A stretch of 64,000 nt of DNA from the human T2T-CHM13v2.0 reference genome, Homo sapiens: NCBI RefSeq assembly GCF_009914755.1, contig NC_060933.1, one strand, 5' to 3'. The notes under the pieces were generated by a model. That model was not told the origin of the DNA and made no database searches. It worked only from the letters and a program-made list of their open reading frames with translations. Positions 61,079 to 64,000 of this stretch are shown in pieces; positions within the stretch are counted from its first letter, which is position 1, and every line of letters begins with the position of its first letter. A program made the translations under genes and the position numbers.

Positions 61079-61364
61079 GTGCTGAAGTAGAAGTTATGTT
61101 GCATTTATATATTAGTTTCCTGAAAACTGACACTTTTATAGTATTTGTTTTCCCATTCAAGAACATAGTTTCCTTTCTTTTGTTCAGACTCTGTTTTACT
61201 TTTTTCAATAAAATTGTGTGTGTATGTGTGTGTGTCCCCATATGGGATTTGCTTTTTCTTGCTATATTTATTCTGAAATATTTTATGTTTTACCATTGTT
61301 GTGAAGGAAATATTTTTCCATGTTTCTACTTCTATGTACTTATTGTTAAGATATAGAAAAAGCT

Positions 61365-61645
61365 GACCGGGCACAGTGGCTCACACCTGTAATCCCAGCA
61401 CTTTGGGGGGCCGAGGCGAGGTTAGTTAGAGACCAGCCTGGCCAACATGGTGAAACCCCATCTCTACCAAAAAATACAAAAATTAGCTGGGCATGGTGGC
61501 ATGTGCCTATAGTCTCAACTACTTGGGAGGTTGAGGTGGGAGAATTGCTTGAACCCAGGAGGCAGAGGTTGTAGTGAGCAGAGATCATGTCACTGTACTC
61601 CAGCCTGGGCAAACCCTGTCTCATAAAAAATAAAATAAAATAAAA
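61365..61645 (+). mobile_element. AluS with deletions
   Basis: TSD ATAT(A/G)GAAAAAGCT. Confidence 0.92.
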
Positions 61646-62062
61646 TATATGGAAAAAGCTATTAATTTAAAAATATTTATTGTTTATCCAACTGTGTTAA
61701 CAAATTCTCTTAGTATTTTATTTCCTGTAGTAGCTTTTTACCAGTCACTTGAGTGGTTTTTTGTTTTTGCTTTTGTTTTAACGATCACACCATGAGAAAA
61801 ACAAAGTGTTTTATTCTTGTTTTCGAATGTTAGTCAATTATTTAATATTGCTGTGTTAATGTGATTGAGATCTCTTCCAAGCCAATGTTTAGTCATGATG
61901 ATGGTGAGCATTCCCGTGTAGTTTCTGTTCAATTAAAATGGCTTTAGCATTTTGTGCTTTGGGATACTATTGGCTATTGGTTTGGTAAATAGCCTTTTAT
62001 ATTAAACAATTTCTTTAATTCTTATTTTATTCATTAGGTATGGCTGCCATTTTACCGAATAA

Positions 62063-62190
62063 TTTTTTTTTTTTTAGACAGGGTCTCATTATTGTTGCCC
62101 AGACTCATCTCAAACTCCTGGCTCAAATGATCCTCCCACCTCAGCCTCCTGTATAGCTGGGATTACAGGTGCATGCCACCATGTCCAGCT
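62063..62190 (-). mobile_element. Alu monomer (FLAM/FAM-like)
   Basis: Poly-T plus antisense monomer. Confidence 0.82.
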
Positions 62191-63214
62191 TTACTAAATA
62201 AATGGTAAGTACTTAAAGATATGATCATACATCCTCCTTCAAAATATGGTGTAATAGATTATACTGATAAACTCTCCGGTACTGAACAACCCGTAATTTC
62301 GTGGAAGAAGTCATGGTCTATCTTTTTTTTTGATATGTTACTGGATTCTAATTAGAAATGTTTTATTTAGATTTCTTGAATCTATATTCATGAGCCTGTC
62401 TACAATTTTCAATTTTGTCTTATTTTTATCAGCTTTGATTCAGTTTATTTTGCCTTTATAAAGTGGATTGGGGGCTTTTCATCCTTTTCTATGGCTTATA
62501 GTAATTTAAGTAAAAGTAGTATTGTCAGTTCTCTAAAGGTTAGATAAAATTCAGCTAGAAATTCATGGGCTTGGTGAATTTTCAAAATTTATATTTTCCT
62601 TCTCTTCCCTGACCCAATATTCGACACCTGGGTTTTTTCTGATATCATGTGAGTATTTTCATTCTAGAGTGTCATTTGAATTATTCTTATAAATCTTCCA
62701 TTTCAAGAGCCCTTGTTTACACTTACCTTATCTTCAGTCAGAATCTCTCCATCTCTGCAATATGTGTATATACATACATGCGTAAAGGTTCGTTACTTAC
62801 CAATCACTCTTCTTTATCTTTTCTTATATTGAGATTTATAATATATTCTAATTAACTTGATGTTTCATTAGTCTCTTCCTGAGTATTTTCCTCAAATAGA
62901 GTGCACTGCCAATATAATGATTTACTCTCTCTTACATCTTCTTGTATTTGTTTTCTTTCACTCTCATCAACTAAGGAAATAATGGCTGGGTATGGATCTC
63001 TGGGTAGCAGTCCTTTTCTTTCAGTATTGTGTGAGGATATGTCACTGTTTTTTAGTTTCCAATGTTTTAGGTGTGAGGTTTGATGCTATGCCTGTCTAAT
63101 ATATTTTTTTTCCCATTGTAGGTAACTTGTTATTCTTTCTGGAAGCCTATAAGATTCTCCTTAACGTTAGAGTTCAAGGTTTTTATTAGGATATGGGTAA
63201 ACGTGTATTTTCTC

Positions 63215-63355
63215 AGTAACACTGAATTCTAATGACTAATGATGTTGAGCATCTCTTCATGTGTATATTGGCCATTTGTATGTCTTCTTTGAAGTAATGT
63301 CAGTTCAAATGTAATACCTCATTTTAATTAGTTTATTTGCCTTTTTACTATTGAT
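63215..63355 (-). mobile_element. L1 ORF2 3' fragment
   Basis: CTAATGACTAATGATGTTGAGCATCTCTTCATGTG...GGCCATTTGTATGTCTTCTTTG. Confidence 0.85.
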
Positions 63356-63405
63356 TATGCTTTTGTTGCTCATTTGAATCCATGGCTTCCCAACATTTTC
63401 TGGAT

Positions 63406-63718
63406 TTCTTTTTTTTCTTTTTTTTTTTTTTTTTTTGAGACAAGGTCATGCTCTATAGCCCAGGTTGGACTGCAAGGGTGCAATCTCGGCTTACTGTAAC
63501 CTCTGTCTCTCTGGCAGAAGTAATCCTCCCACTTCGGCCTCCTGAGGAGCTGGAATTACACATGTGCACCACCACACCCAGCTAATTATTGTATTTTTAG
63601 TAGAGGTAGGATTTTGTCATGTTGGCAAGGCTGGTCTTAAACTCCTGACCTCAAGTCATCTGCCTCCCTCAGCCTTCCAAAGTGCTGGGATTACAGGCAT
63701 GAGCCACCACACCCAGCC
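63406..63718 (-). mobile_element. Alu (J/S)
   Basis: Antisense dimer; TSD GGATTTCTTT. Confidence 0.93.
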
Positions 63719-64000
63719 AGGATTTCTTTTATCATAAGTCATCACTTCAGATTTTTGAAGAGAATGTACAGCAAATAATGAGGTTCTGCATATGTCATAG
63801 TCATGATGGTCACCAAAGGAGTGATTTTACCCTTTATGTTTACATTTTATCAAGAGTTGAAAAAATGTACTTTATGACCTCAAGGTAGAATAGCAATCTG
63901 ATATTTGAGGCTGAGTGAGAGGACGAAATTAATTCTCAGAGCTCTGAATTACATTTTGAAAAGATTGCTCTGGAAAGTTCTTGGACTCTAAGGGAGTCAG

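Overview
Primate (human or great ape) genomic DNA, rich in Alu, L1, LTR and DNA-transposon remnants. It opens with the last 76 codons of GCNT1 (core 2 beta-1,6-GlcNAc transferase 1; stop at 229-231; not in the supplied ORF track because its ATG is upstream of the window), followed by a ~3.7-kb 3' UTR. The remaining ~60 kb is repeat-dense non-coding DNA. It holds a minus-strand PPIA (cyclophilin A) processed pseudogene, a long fragmented L1, about 40 Alus and many solo LTRs, including two LTR12/ERV9 and an MLT2A2 that all point back toward GCNT1. Almost all ORFs in the track are repeat-derived noise, and I see no evidence of a new multi-gene system. The most unusual signals are sequence-level events: an AluY with 89 bp of extra 5' sequence inside its TSDs (possible 5' transduction); a palindrome cluster containing a 61-bp copy of sequence 2.5 kb away (possible templated repair scar); an 80-nt near-perfect hairpin at a MER63/L2 junction; and several rearranged Alus. 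Repeat subfamily names come from recalled consensus sequences and need RepeatMasker/Dfam confirmation. Boundaries without a stated TSD are approximate.
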